From positions 23,250,001-23,314,000 of the forward strand of contig OZ059900.1 of NCBI GenBank assembly GCA_964057225.1: DNA of 64,000 nt, in the 5' to 3' direction. The notes under the pieces are model-generated. The model saw only the letters and a program-made list of their open reading frames with translations, made no database searches and had not been told where the DNA came from. This document shows, piece by piece, positions 1 through 14,614 of the stretch. Origin of the DNA: Auanema rhodensis. Taxonomy: Eukaryota > Animalia > Nematoda. The position numbers and the translations under genes were made by a program. Each line of letters begins with the position of its first letter. Position 1 is the first letter of the stretch.

Positions 1-1368
1 ATCAATATTAGCCATAAGGGGCGTGCCCTCAGAATATGCTAATTTCCTTAATTTTCTAACCCCTGTTTTTTTGTCGTGAAAGTGGAACTAGACGTTGTAC
101 GAACAATTTTGAGCTAGGTTTCATTGACATTGCATGAGTTTGAACACATGAAATCGTAAGTCAAAACCTTGTTTACAGCGAAATTTCCAAAAACTGGTTT
201 TCCAGCATAATAAAATATTTCTCATGGGAAATACTGTGTTTTTGTATTTTTCTAGTGTTCAGCATGTAAAATGCTTCATTTTAGTATGTAACACGCTGAA
301 ATTCGTTGCATTTGACGACTCATATGAACAAAAATCGATTTAATCAATATTAGCCATAAGGGGCGTGCCCTCAGAATATGCTAATTTCCTTAATTTTCTA
401 ACCCCTGTTTTTTTGTCGTGAAAGTGGAACTAGACGTTGTACGAACAATTTTGAGCTAGGTTTCATTGACATTGCATGAGTTTGAACACATGAAATCGTA
501 AGTCAAAACCTTGTTTACAGCGAAATTTCCAAAAACTGGTTTTCCAGCATAATAAAATATTTCTCATGGGAAATACTGTGTTTTTGTATTTTTCTAGTGT
601 TCAGCATGTAAAATGCTTCATTTTAGTATGTAACACGCTGAAATTCGTTGCATTTGACGACTCATATGAACAAAAATCGATTTAATCAATATTAGCCATA
701 AGGGGCGTGCCCTCAGAATATGCTAATTTCCTTAATTTTCTAACCCCTGTTTTTTTGTCGTGAAAGTGGAACTAGACGTTGTACGAACAATTTTGAGCTA
801 GGTTTCATTGACATTGCATGAGTTTGAACACATGAAATCGTAAGTCAAAACCTTGTTTACAGCGAAATTTCCAAAAACTGGTTTTCCAGCATAATAAAAT
901 ATTTCTCATGGGAAATACTGTGTTTTTGTATTTTTCTAGTGTTCAGCATGTAAAATGCTTCATTTTAGTATGTAACACGCTGAAATTCGTTGCATTTGAC
1001 GACTCATATGAACAAAAATCGATTTAATCAATATTAGCCATAAGGGGCGTGCCCTCAGAATATGCTAATTTCCTTAATTTTCTAACCCCTGTTTTTTTGT
1101 CGTGAAAGTGGAACTAGACGTTGTACGAACAATTTTGAGCTAGGTTTCATTGACATTGCATGAGTTTGAACACATGAAATCGTAAGTCAAAACCTTGTTT
1201 ACAGCGAAATTTCCAAAAACTGGTTTTCCAGCATAATAAAATATTTCTCATGGGAAATACTGTGTTTTTGTATTTTTCTAGTGTTCAGCATGTAAAATGC
1301 TTCATTTTAGTATGTAACACGCTGAAATTCGTTGCATTTGACGACTCATATGAACAAAAATCGATTTA

Positions 1369-4300
1369 ATCAATATTAGCCATAAGGGGCGTGCCCTCAG
1401 AATATGCTAATTTCCTTAATTTTCTAACCCCTGTTTTTTTGTCGTGAAAGTGAAACTAGACGTTGTACGAACAATTTTGAGCTAGGTTTCATTGACATTG
1501 CATGAGTTTGAACACATGAAATCGTAAGTCAAAACCTTGTTTACAGCGAAATTTCCAAAAACTGGTTTTCCAGCATAATAAAATATTTCTCATGGGAAAT
1601 ACTGTGTTTTTGTACTTTTCTAGTGTTCAGCATGTAAAATGCTTCATTTTAGTATGTAACACGCTGAAATTCGTTGCATTTGACGACTCATATGAACAAA
1701 AATCGATTTAATCAATATTAGCCATAAGGGGCGTGCCCTCAGAATATGCTAATTTCCTTAATTTTCTAACCCCTGTTTTTTTGTCGTGAAAGTGGAACTA
1801 GACGTTGTACGAACAATTTTGAGCTAGGTTTCATTGACATTGCATGAGTTTGAACACATGAAATCGTAAGTCAAAACCTTGTTTACAGCGAAATTTCCAA
1901 AAACTGGTTTTCCAGCATAATAAAATATTTCTCGTGGGAAATACTGTGTTTTTGTATTTTTCTAGTGTTCAGCATGTAAAATGCTTCATTTTAGTATGTA
2001 ACACGCTGAAATTCGTTGCATTTGACGACTCATATGAACAAAAATCGATTTAATCAATATTAGCCATAAGGGGCGTGCCCTCAGAATATGCTAATTTCCT
2101 TAATTTTCTAACCCCTGTTTTTTTGTCGTGAAAGTGGAACTAGACGTTGTACGAACAATTTTGAGCTAGGTTTCATTGACATTGCATGAGTTTGAACACA
2201 TGAAATCGTAAGTCAAAACCTTGTTTACAGCGAAATTTCCAAAAACTGGTTTTCCAGCATAATAAAATATTTCTCATGGGAAATACTGTGTTTTTGTACT
2301 TTTCTAGTGTTCAGCATGTAAAATGCTTCATTTTAGTATGTAACACGCTGAAATTCGTTGCATTTGACGACTCATATGAACAAAAATCGATTTAATCAAT
2401 ATTAGCCATAAGGGGCGTGCCCTCAGAATATGCTAATTTCCTTAATTTTCTAACCCCTGTTTTTTTGTCGTGAAAGTGGAACTAGACGTTGTACAAACAA
2501 TTTTGAGCTAGGTTTCATTGACATTGCAAGAGTTTGAACACATGAAATCGTAAGTCAAAACCTTGTTTACAGCGAAATTTCCAAAAACTGGTTTTCCAGC
2601 ATAATAAAATATTTCTCATGAGAAATACTGTGTTTTTGTATTTTGCTAGTGTTCAGCATGTAAAATGCTTCATTTAAGTATGTAACACGCTGAAATTCGT
2701 TGCATTTGACTACTCATATGAACAAAAATCGATTTAATCAATATTAGCCATAAGGGGCGTGCCCTCAGAATATGCTAATTTCCTTAATTTTCTAACCCCT
2801 GTTTTTTTGTCGTGAAAGTGGAACTAGACGTTGTACAAACAATTTTGAGCTAGGTTTCATTGACATTGCATGAGTTTGAACACATGAAATCGTAAGTCAA
2901 AACCTTGTTTACAGCGAAATTTCCAAAAACTGGTTTACCAGCATAATAAAATATTTCTCATGAGAAATACTGTGTTTTTGTATTTTTCTAGTGTTCAGCA
3001 TGTAAAATGCTTCATTTTAGTATGTAACACGCTGAAATTCGTTGCATTTGACGACTCATACGAACAAAAATCGATTTAATCAATATTAGCCATAAGGGGC
3101 GTGCCCTCAGAATATGCTAATTTACTTAATTTTCTAACCCCTGTTTTTTTGTCGTGAAAGTGGAACTAGACGTTGTACAAACAATTTTGAGCTAGGTTTC
3201 ATTGACATTGCATGAGTTTGAACACATGAAATCGTAAGTCAAAACCTTGTTTACAGCGAAATTTCCAAAAACTGGTTTTCCAGCATAATAAAATATTTCT
3301 CATGGGAAATACTGTGTTTTGGTATTTTTCTAGTGTTCAGCATGTAAAATGCTTCATTTTAGTATGTAACACGCTGAAATTCGTTGCATTTGACGACTCA
3401 TATGAACAAAAATCGATTTAATCAATATTAGCCATAAGGGGCGTGCCCTCAGAATATGCTAATTTCCTTAATTTTCTAACCCCTGTATTTTGTCGTGAAA
3501 GTGGAACTAGACGTTGTAGGAACAATTTTGAGCTAGGTTTCATTGACATTGCATGAGTTTGAACACATGAAATCGTAAGTCAAAACCTTGTTTACAGCGA
3601 AATTTCCAAAAACTGGTTTTCCAGCATAATAAAATATTTCTCATGGGAAATACTGTGTTTTTGTATTTTTCTAGTGTTCAGCATGTAAAATGCTTCATTT
3701 TAGTATGTAACACGCTGAAATTCGTTGCATTTGACGACTCATATGAACAAAAATCGATTTAATCAATATTAGCCATAAGGGGCGTGCCCTCAGAATATGC
3801 TAATTTCCTTAATTTTCTAACCCCTGTTTTTTTGTCGTGAAAGTGAAACTAGACGTTGTACGAACAATTTTGAGCTAGGTTTCATTGACATTGCATGAGT
3901 TTGAACACATGAAATCGTAAGTCAAAACCTTGTTTACAGCGAAATTTCCAAAAACTGGTTTTCCAGCATAATAAAATATTTCTCATGGGAAATACTGTGT
4001 TTTTGTACTTTTCTAGTGTTCAGCATGTAAAATGCTTCATTTTAGTATGTAACACGCTGAAATTCGTTGCATTTGACGACTCATATGAACAAAAATCGAT
4101 TTAATCAATATTAGCCATAAGGGGCGTGCCCTCAGAATATGCTAATTTCCTTAATTTTCTAACCCCTGTTTTTTTGTCGTGAAAGTGGAACTAGACGTTG
4201 TACGAACAATTTTGAGCTAGGTTTCATTGACATTGCATGAGTTTGAACACATGAAATCGTAAGTCAAAACCTTGTTTACAGCGAAATTTCCAAAAACTGG

Positions 4301-7300
4301 TTTTCCAGCATAATAAAATATTTCTCGTGGGAAATACTGTGTTTTTGTATTTTTCTAGTGTTCAGCATGTAAAATGCTTCATTTTAGTATGTAACACGCT
4401 GAAATTCGTTGCATTTGACGACTCATATGAACAAAAATCGATTTAATCAATATTAGCCATAAGGGGCGTGCCCTCAGAATATGCTAATTTCCTTAATTTT
4501 CTAACCCCTGTTTTTTTGTCGTGAAAGTGGAACTAGACGTTGTACGAACAATTTTGAGCTAGGTTTCATTGACATTGCATGAGTTTGAACACATGAAATC
4601 GTAAGTCAAAACCTTGTTTACAGCGAAATTTCCAAAAACTGGTTTTCCAGCATAATAAAATATTTCTCATGGGAAATACTGTGTTTTTGTACTTTTCTAG
4701 TGTTCAGCATGTAAAATGCTTCATTTCAGTATGTAACACGCTGAAATTCGTTGCATTTGACGACTCATATGAACAAAAATCGATTTAATCAATATTAGCC
4801 ATAAGGGGCGTGCCCTCAGAATATGCTAATTTCCTTAATTTTCTAACCCCTGTTTTTTTGTCGTGAAAGTGGAACTAGACGTTGTACAAACAATTTTGAG
4901 CTAGGTTTCATTGACATTGCAAGAGTTTGAACACATGAAATCGTAAGTCAAAACCTTGTTTACAGCGAAATTTCCAAAAACTGGTTTTCCAGCATAATAA
5001 AATATTTCTCATGAGAAATACTGTGTTTTTGTATTTTGCTAGTGTTCAGCATGTAAAATGCTTCATTTAAGTATGTAACACGCTGAAATTCGTTGCATTT
5101 GACTACTCATATGAACAAAAATCGATTTAATCAATATTAGCCATAAGGGGCGTGCCCTCAGAATATGCTAATTTCCTTAATTTTCTAACCCCTGTTTTTT
5201 TGTCGTGAAAGTGGAACTAGACGTTGTACAAACAATTTTGAGCTAGGTTTCATTGACATTGCATGAGTTTGAACACATGAAATCGTAAGTCAAAACCTTG
5301 TTTACAGCGAAATTTCCAAAAACTGGTTTACCAGCATAATAAAATATTTCTCATGAGAAATACTGTGTTTTTGTATTTTTCTAGTGTTCAGCATGTAAAA
5401 TGCTTCATTTTAGTATGTAACACGCTGAAATTCGTTGCATTTGACGACTCATACGAACAAAAATCGATTTAATCAATATTAGCCATAAGGGGCGTGCCCT
5501 CAGAATATGCTAATTTACTTAATTTTCTAACCCCTGTTTTTTTGTCGTGAAAGTGGAACTAGACGTTGTACAAACAATTTTGAGCTAGGTTTCATTGACA
5601 TTGCATGAGTTTGAACACATGAAATCGTAAGTCAAAACCTTGTTTACAGCGAAATTTCCAAAAACTGGTTTTCCAGCATAATAAAATATTTCTCATGGGA
5701 AATACTGTGTTTTGGTATTTTTCTAGTGTTCAGCATGTAAAATGCTTCATTTTAGTATGTAACACGCTGAAATTCGTTGCATTTGACGACTCATATGAAC
5801 AAAAATCGATTTAATCAATATTAGCCATAAGGGGCGTGCCCTCAGAATATGCTAATTTCCTTAATTTTCTAACCCCTGTATTTTGTCGTGAAAGTGGAAC
5901 TAGACGTTGTAGGAACAATTTTGAGCTAGGTTTCATTGACATTGCATGAGTTTGAACACATGAAATCGTAAGTCAAAACCTTGTTTACAGCGAAATTTCC
6001 AAAAACTGGTTTTCCAGCATAATAAAATATTTCTCATGGGAAATACTTAGTTTTTGTATTTTTCTAGTGTTCAGCATGTAAAATGCTTCATTTTAGTATG
6101 TAACACGCTGAAATTCGTTGCATTTGACGACTCATATGAACAAAAATCGATTTAATCAATATTAGCCATAAGGGGCGTGCCCTCAGAATATGCTAATTTC
6201 CTTAATTTTCTAACCCCTGTTTTTTTGTCGTGAAAGTGGAACTAGACGTTGTACGAACAATTTTGAGCTAGGTTTCATTGACATTGCATGAGTTTGAACA
6301 CATGAAATCGTAAGTCAAAACCTTGTTTACAGCGAAATTTCCAAAAACTGGTTTTCCAGCATAATAAAATATTTCTCGTGGGAAATACTGTGTTTTTGTA
6401 TTTTTCTAGTGTTCAGCATGTAAAATGCTTCATTTTAGTATGTAACACGCTGAAATTCGTTGCATTTGACGACTCATATGAACAAAAATCGATTTAATCA
6501 ATATTAGCCATAAGGGGCGTGCCCTCAGAATATGCTAATTTCCTTAATTTTCTAACCCCTGTTTTTTTGTCGTGAAAGTGGAACTAGACGTTGTACGAAC
6601 AATTTTGAGCTAGGTTTCATTGACATTGCATGAGTTTGAACACATGAAATCGTAAGTCAAAACCTTGTTTACAGCGAAATTTCCAAAAACTGGTTTTCCA
6701 GCATAATAAAATATTTCTCATGGGAAATACTGTGTTTTTGTACTTTTCTAGTGTTCAGCATGTAAAATGCTTCATTTTAGTATGTAACACGCTGAAATTC
6801 GTTGCATTTGACGACTCATATGAACAAAAATCGATTTAATCAATATTAGCCATAAGGGGCGTGCCCTCAGAATATGCTAATTTCCTTAATTTTCTAACCC
6901 CTGTTTTTTTGTCGTGAAAGTGGAACTAGACGTTGTACAAACAATTTTGAGCTAGGTTTCATTGACATTGCAAGAGTTTGAACACATGAAATCGTAAGTC
7001 AAAACCTTGTTTACAGCGAAATTTCCAAAAACTGGTTTTCCAGCATAATAAAATATTTCTCATGAGAAATACTGTGTTTTTGTATTTTTCTAGTGTTCAG
7101 CATGTAAAATGCTTCATTTAAGTATGTAACACGCTGAAATTCGTTGCATTTGACTACTCATATGAACAAAAATCGATTTAATCAATATTAGCCATAAGGG
7201 GCGTGCCCTCAGAATATGCTAATTTCCTTAATTTTCTAACCCCTGTTTTTTTGTCGTGAAAGTGGAACTAGACGTTGTACAAACAATTTTGAGCTAGGTT

Positions 7301-8206
7301 TCATTGACATTGCATGAGTTTGAACACATGAAATCGTAAGTCAAAACCTTGTTTACAGCGAAATTTCCAAAAACTGGTTTACCAGCATAATAAAATATTT
7401 CTCATGAGAAATACTGTGTTTTTGTATTTTTCTAGTGTTCAGCATGTAAAATGCTTCATTTTAGTATGTAACACGCTGAAATTCGTTGCATTTGACGACT
7501 CATACGAACAAAAATCGATTTAATCAATATTAGCCATAAGGGGCGTGCCCTCAGAATATGCTAATTTACTTAATTTTCTAACCCCTGTTTTTTTGTCGTG
7601 AAAGTGGAACTAGACGTTGTACAAACAATTTTGAGCTAGGTTTCATTGACATTGCATGAGTTTGAACACATGAAATCGTAAGTCAAAACCTTGTTTACAG
7701 CGAAATTTCCAAAAACTGGTTTTCCAGCATAATAAAATATTTCTCATGGGAAATACTGTGTTTTGGTATTTTTCTAGTGTTCAGCATGTAAAATGCTTCA
7801 TTTTAGTATGTAACACGCTGAAATTCGTTGCATTTGACGACTCATATGAACAAAAATCGATTTAATCAATATTAGCCATAAGGGGCGTGCCCTCAGAATA
7901 TGCTAATTTCCTTAATTTTCTAACCCCTGTATTTTGTCGTGAAAGTGGAACTAGACGTTGTAGGAACAATTTTGAGCTAGGTTTCATTGACATTGCATGA
8001 GTTTGAACACATGAAATCGTAAGTCAAAACCTTGTTTACAGCGAAATTTCCAAAAACTGGTTTTCCAGCATAATAAAATATTTCTCATGGGAAATACTTA
8101 GTTTTTGTATTTTTCTAGTGTTCAGCATGTAAAATGCTTCATTTTAGTATGTAACACGCTGAAATTCGTTGCATTTGACGACTCATATGAACAAAAATCG
8201 ATTTAA
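1369..8206 (+). repeat. Higher-order repeat: two copies of a 7-monomer unit (2393 bp) followed by a 6-monomer derivative (2051 bp)
   Basis: Variant GTGAAACT at 1452 and 3845 (offset 2393). Variant CTCGTGGG at 1934, 4327 and 6378 (offsets 2393 and 2051). Confidence 0.85.
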
Positions 8207-11200
8207 TCAATATTAGCCATAAGGGGCGTGCCCTCAGAATATGCTAATTTCCTTAATTTTCTAACCCCTGTTTTTTTGTCGTGAAAGTGGAACTAGACGT
8301 TGTACAAACAATTTTGAGCTAGGTTTCATTGACATTGCATGAGTTTGAACACATGAAATCGTAAGTCAAAACCTTGTTTACAGCGAAATTTCCAAAAACT
8401 GGTTTTCCAGCATAATAAAATTTTTCTCATGGGAAATACTGTGTTTTTGTATTTTTCTAGTGTTCAGCATGTAAAATAATTCATTTTAGTATGTAACACG
8501 CTGAAATTCGTTGCATTTGACGACTCATATGAACAAAAATCGATTTAATCAATATTAGCCATAAGGGGCGTGCCCTCAGAATATGCTAATTTCCTAAACT
8601 TTCTAACCCCTGTTTTTTTGTCGTGAAAGTGGAACTAGACGTTGTACGAACAATTTTGAGCTAGGTTTCATTGACATTGCAAGAGTTTGAACACATGAAA
8701 TCGTAAGTCAAAACCTTGTTTACAGCGAAATTTCCAAAAACTGGTTTTCCAGCATAATAAAATATTTCTCATGGGAAAAACTGTGTTTTTGTATTTTTTT
8801 AGTGTTCAGCATGTAAAATATTTCATTTTAGTATGTAACACGCTGAAATTCGTTGCATTTGACGACTCATATGAACAAAAATCGATTTAATCAATATTAG
8901 CCATAAGGGGCGTGCCCTCAGAATATGCTAATTTCCTTAATTTTCTAACCCCTGTTTTTTTGTCGTGAAAGTGGAACTAGACGTTGTACAAACAATTTTG
9001 AGCTAGGTTTCATTGACATTGCATGAGTTTGAACACATGAAATCGTAAGTCAAAACCTTGTTTACAGCGAAATTTCCAAAAACTGGTTTTCCAGCATAAT
9101 AAAATATTTCTCATGGGAAATACTGTGTTTTTGTATTTTTCTAGTGTTCAGCATGTAAAATGCTTCATTTTAGTATGTAACACGCTGAAATTCGTTGCAT
9201 TTGACTACTCATATGAACAAAAATCGATTTAATCAATATTAGCCATAAGGGGCGTGCCCTCAGAATATGCTAATTTCCTTAATTTTCTAACCCCTGTTTT
9301 TTTGTCGTGAAAGTGGAACTAGACGTTGTACAAACAATTTTGAGCTAGGTTTCATTGACATTGCATGAGTTTGAACACATGAAATCGTAAGTCAAAACCT
9401 TGTTTACAGCGAAATTTCCAAAAACTGGTTTTCCAGCATAATAAAATATTTCTCATGAGAAATACTGTGTTTTTGTATTTTTCTAGTGTTCAGTATGTAA
9501 AATGCTTCATTTTAGTATGTAACACGCTGAAATTCGTTGCATTTGACGACTCATATGAACAAAAATCGATTTAATCAATATTAGCCATAAGGGGCGTGCC
9601 CTCAGAATATGCTAATTTCCTTAATTTTCTAACCCCTGTTTTTTTGTCGTGAAAGTGGAACTAGACGTTGTACGAACAATTTTGAGCTAGGTTTCATTGA
9701 CATTGCATGAGTTTGAACACATGAAATCGTATGTCAAAACCTTGTTTACAGCGAAATTTCCAAAAACTGGTTTTCCAGCATAATAAAATATTTCTCATGG
9801 GAAAAACTGTGTTTTTGTATTTTTTAGTGTTCAGCATGTAAAATGCTTCATTTTAGTATGTAACACGCTGAAATTCGTTGCAGTTGACGACTCATATGAA
9901 CAAAAATCGATTTAATCAATATTAGCCATAAGGGGCGTGCCCTCAGAATATGCTAATTTCTCAAACTTTCTAACCCCTGTTTTTTTGTCGTGAAAGTGGA
10001 ACTAGACGTTGTACAAACAATTTTGAGCTAGGTTTCATTGACATTGCATGAGTTTGAACATATGAAATCGTAAGTCAAAACCTTGTTTACAGCGAAATTT
10101 CCAAAAACTGGTTTTCAAGCATAATAAAATATTTCTCATGGGAAATACTGTGTTTTTGTATTTTTCTAGTGTTCAGCATGTAAAATGCTTCATTTTAGTT
10201 TGTAACACGCTGAAATTCGTTGCATTTGACGACTCATATGAACAAAAATCGATTTAATCAATATTAGCCATAAGGGGCGTGCCCTCAGAATATGCTAATT
10301 TCCTTAATTTTCTAACCCCTGTTTTTTTGTCGTGAAAGTGGAACTAGACGTTGTACAAACAATTTTGAGCTAGGTTTCATTGACATTGCATGAGTTTGAA
10401 CACATGAAATCGTAAGTCAAAACCTTGTTTACAGCGAAATTTCCAAAAACTGGTTTTCCAGCATAATAAAATTTTTCTCATGGGAAATACTGTGTTTTTG
10501 TATTTTTCTAGTGTTCAGCATGTAAAATAATTCATTTTAGTATGTAACACGCTGAAATTCGTTGCATTTGACGACTCATATGAACAAAAATCGATTTAAT
10601 CAATATTAGCCATAAGGGGCGTGCCCTCAGAATATGCTAATTTCCTAAACTTTCTAACCCCTGTTTTTTTGTCGTGAAAGTGGAACTAGACGTTGTACGA
10701 ACAATTTTGAGCTAGGTTTCATTGACATTGCAAGAGTTTGAACACATGAAATCGTAAGTCAAAACCTTGTTTACAGCGAAATTTCCAAAAACTGGTTTTC
10801 CAGCATAATAAAATATTTCTCATGGGAAAAACTGTGTTTTTGTATTTTTTTAGTGTTCAGCATGTAAAATATTTCATTTTAGTATGTAACACGCTGAAAT
10901 TCGTTGCATTTGACGACTCATATGAACAAAAATCGATTTAATCAATATTAGCCATAAGGGGCGTGCCCTCAGAATATGCTAATTTCCTAAACTTTCTAAC
11001 CCCTGTTTTTTTGTCGTGAAAGTGGAACTAGACGTTGTACGAACAATTTTGAGCTAGGTTTCATTGACATTGCAAGAGTTTGAACACATGAAATCGTAAG
11101 TCAAAACCTTGTTTACAGCGAAATTTCCAAAAACTGGTTTACCAGCATAATAAAATATTTCTCATGAGAAATACTGTGTTTTTGTATTTTTCTAGTGTTC

Positions 11201-14200
11201 AGCATGTAAAATGCTTCATTTTAGTATGTAACACGCTGAAATTCGTTGCATTTGACGACTCATACGAACAAAAATCGATTTAATCAATATTAGCCATAAG
11301 GGGCGTGCCCTCAGAATATGCTAATTTACTTAATTTTCTAACCCCTGTTTTTTTGTCGTGAAAGTGGAACTAGACGTTGTACAAACAATTTTGAGCTAGG
11401 TTTCATTGACATTGCATGAGTTTGAACACATGAAATCGTAAGTCAAAACCTTGTTTACAGCGAAATTTCCAAAAACTGGTTTTCCAGCATAATAAAATAT
11501 TTCTCATGGGAAATACTGTGTTTTGGTATTTTTCTAGTGTTCAGCATGTAAAATGCTTCATTTTAGTATGTAACACGCTGAAATTCGTTGCATTTGACGA
11601 CTCATATGAACAAAAATCGATTTAATCAATATTAGCCATAAGGGGCGTGCCCTCAGAATATGCTAATTTCCTTAATTTTCTAACCCCTGTATTTTGTCGT
11701 GAAAGTGGAACTAGACGTTGTAGGAACAATTTTGAGCTAGGTTTCATTGACATTGCATGAGTTTGAACACATGAAATCGTAAGTCAAAACCTTGTTTACA
11801 GCGAAATTTCCAAAAACTGGTTTTCCAGCATAATAAAATATTTCTCATGGGAAATACTTAGTTTTTGTATTTTTCTAGTGTTCAGCATGTAAAATGCTTC
11901 ATTTTAGTATGTAACACGCTGAAATTCGTTGCATTTGACGACTCATATGAACAAAAATCGATTTAATCAATATTAGCCATAAGGGGCGTGCCCTCAGAAT
12001 ATGCTAATTTCCTTAATTTTCTAACCCCTGTTTTTTTGTCGTGAAAGTGGAACTAGACGTTGTACAAACAATTTTGAGCTAGGTTTCATTGACATTGCAT
12101 GAGTTTGAACACATGAAATCGTAAGTCAAAACCTTGTTTACAGCGAAATTTCCAAAAACTGGTTTTCCAGCATAATAAAATTTTTCTCATGGGAAATACT
12201 GTGTTTTTGTATTTTTCTAGTGTTCAGCATGTAAAATAATTCATTTTAGTATGTAACACGCTGAAATTCGTTGCATTTGACGACTCATATGAACAAAAAT
12301 CGATTTAATCAATATTAGCCATAAGGGGCGTGCCCTCAGAATATGCTAATTTCCTAAACTTTCTAACCCCTGTTTTTTTGTCGTGAAAGTGGAACTAGAC
12401 GTTGTACGAACAATTTTGAGCTAGGTTTCATTGACATTGCAAGAGTTTGAACACATGAAATCGTAAGTCAAAACCTTGTTTACAGCGAAATTTCCAAAAA
12501 CTGGTTTTCCAGCATAATAAAATATTTCTCATGGGAAAAACTGTGTTTTTGTATTTTTTTAGTGTTCAGCATGTAAAATATTTCATTTTAGTATGTAACA
12601 CGCTGAAATTCGTTGCATTTGACGACTCATATGAACAAAAATCGATTTAATCAATATTAGCCATAAGGGGCGTGCCCTCAGAATATGCTAATTTCCTTAA
12701 TTTTCTAACCCCTGTTTTTTTGTCGTGAAAGTGGAACTAGACGTTGTACAAACAATTTTGAGCTAGGTTTCATTGACATTGCATGAGTTTGAACACATGA
12801 AATCGTAAGTCAAAACCTTGTTTACAGCGAAATTTCCAAAAACTGGTTTTCCAGCATAATAAAATATTTCTCATGGGAAATACTGTGTTTTTGTATTTTT
12901 CTAGTGTTCAGCATGTAAAATGCTTCATTTTAGTATGTAACACGCTGAAATTCGTTGCATTTGACTACTCATATGAACAAAAATCGATTTAATCAATATT
13001 AGCCATAAGGGGCGTGCCCTCAGAATATGCTAATTTCCTTAATTTTCTAACCCCTGTTTTTTTGTCGTGAAAGTGGAACTAGACGTTGTACAAACAATTT
13101 TGAGCTAGGTTTCATTGACATTGCATGAGTTTGAACACATGAAATCGTAAGTCAAAACCTTGTTTACAGCGAAATTTCCAAAAACTGGTTTTCCAGCATA
13201 ATAAAATATTTCTCATGAGAAATACTGTGTTTTTGTATTTTTCTAGTGTTCAGTATGTAAAATGCTTCATTTTAGTATGTAACACGCTGAAATTCGTTGC
13301 ATTTGACGACTCATATGAACAAAAATCGATTTAATCAATATTAGCCATAAGGGGCGTGCCCTCAGAATATGCTAATTTCCTAAACTTTCTAACCCCTGTT
13401 TTTTTGTCGTGAAAGTGGAACTAGACGTTGTACGAACAATTTTGAGCTAGGTTTCATTGACATTGCAAGAGTTTGAACACATGAAATCGTAAGTCAAAAC
13501 CTTGTTTACAGCGAAATTTCCAAAAACTGGTTTTCCAGCATAATAAAATATTTCTCATGGGAAAAACTGTGTTTTTGTATTTTTTTAGTGTTCAGCATGT
13601 AAAATATTTCATTTTAGTATGTAACACGCTGAAATTCGTTGCATTTGACGACTCATATGAACAAAAATCGATTTAATCAATATTAGCCATAAGGGGCGTG
13701 CCCTCAGAATATGCTAATTTCCTAAACTTTCTAACCCCTGTTTTTTTGTCGTGAAAGTGGAACTAGACGTTGTACAAACAATTTTGAGCTAGGTTTCATT
13801 GACATTGCATGAGTTTGAACACATGAAATCGTAAGTCAAAACCTTGTTTACAGCGAAATTTCCAAAAACTGGTTTTCCAGCATAATAAAATATTTCTCAT
13901 GAGAAATACTGTGTTTTTGTATTTTTCTAGTGTTCAGCATGTAAAATGCTTCATTTTAGTATGTAACACGCTGAAATTCGTTGCATTTGACGACTCATAT
14001 GAACAAAAATCGATTTAATCAATATTAGCCATAAGGGGCGTGCCCTCAGAATATGCTAATTTCCTTAATTTTCTAACCCCTGTTTTTTTGTCGTGAAAGT
14101 GGAACTAGACGTTGTACAAACAATTTTGAGCTAGGTTTCATTGACATTGCATGAGTTTGAACACATGAAATCGTAAGTCAAAACCTTGTTTACAGCGAAA

Positions 14201-14614
14201 TTTCCAAAAACTGGTTTTCCAGCATAATAAAATATTTCTCATGGGAAATACTGTGTTTTTGTATTTTTCTAGTGTTCAGCATGTAAAATGCTTCATTTTA
14301 GTATGTAACACGCTGAAATTCGTTGCATTTGACGACTCATATGAACAAAAATCGATTTAATCAATATTAGCCATAAGGGGCGTGCCCTCAGAATATGCTA
14401 ATTTCCTTAATTTTCTAACCCCTGTTTTTTGTCGTGAAAGTGGAACTAGACGTTGTAGGAACAATTTTGAGCTAGGTTTCATTGACATTGCATGAGTTTG
14501 AACACATGAAATCGTAAGTCAAAACCTTGTTTACAGCGAAATTTCCAAAAACTGGTTTTCCAGCATAATAAAATATTTCTCATGGGAAATACTGTGTTTT
14601 TGTATTTTTCTAGT

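Noticed and set aside
301-317. CENP-B-box-like motif ATTCGTTGCATTTGACG
   Set aside because: It matches the 5' half (TTCGTTG..A) but lacks CGGG, so only 6 of the 9 essential bases are present and CENP-B binding is not expected.
1-342. Primate alpha-satellite dimer (2 x 171 bp)
   Set aside because: Only the length agrees; I see no resemblance to the alphoid consensus.
8471-8482. GC-to-AA dinucleotide change suggestive of polymerase zeta
   Set aside because: The single-step intermediate AC (GAAGTATTTT in the inverted block) and the sister allele AT exist, so stepwise mutation explains it.
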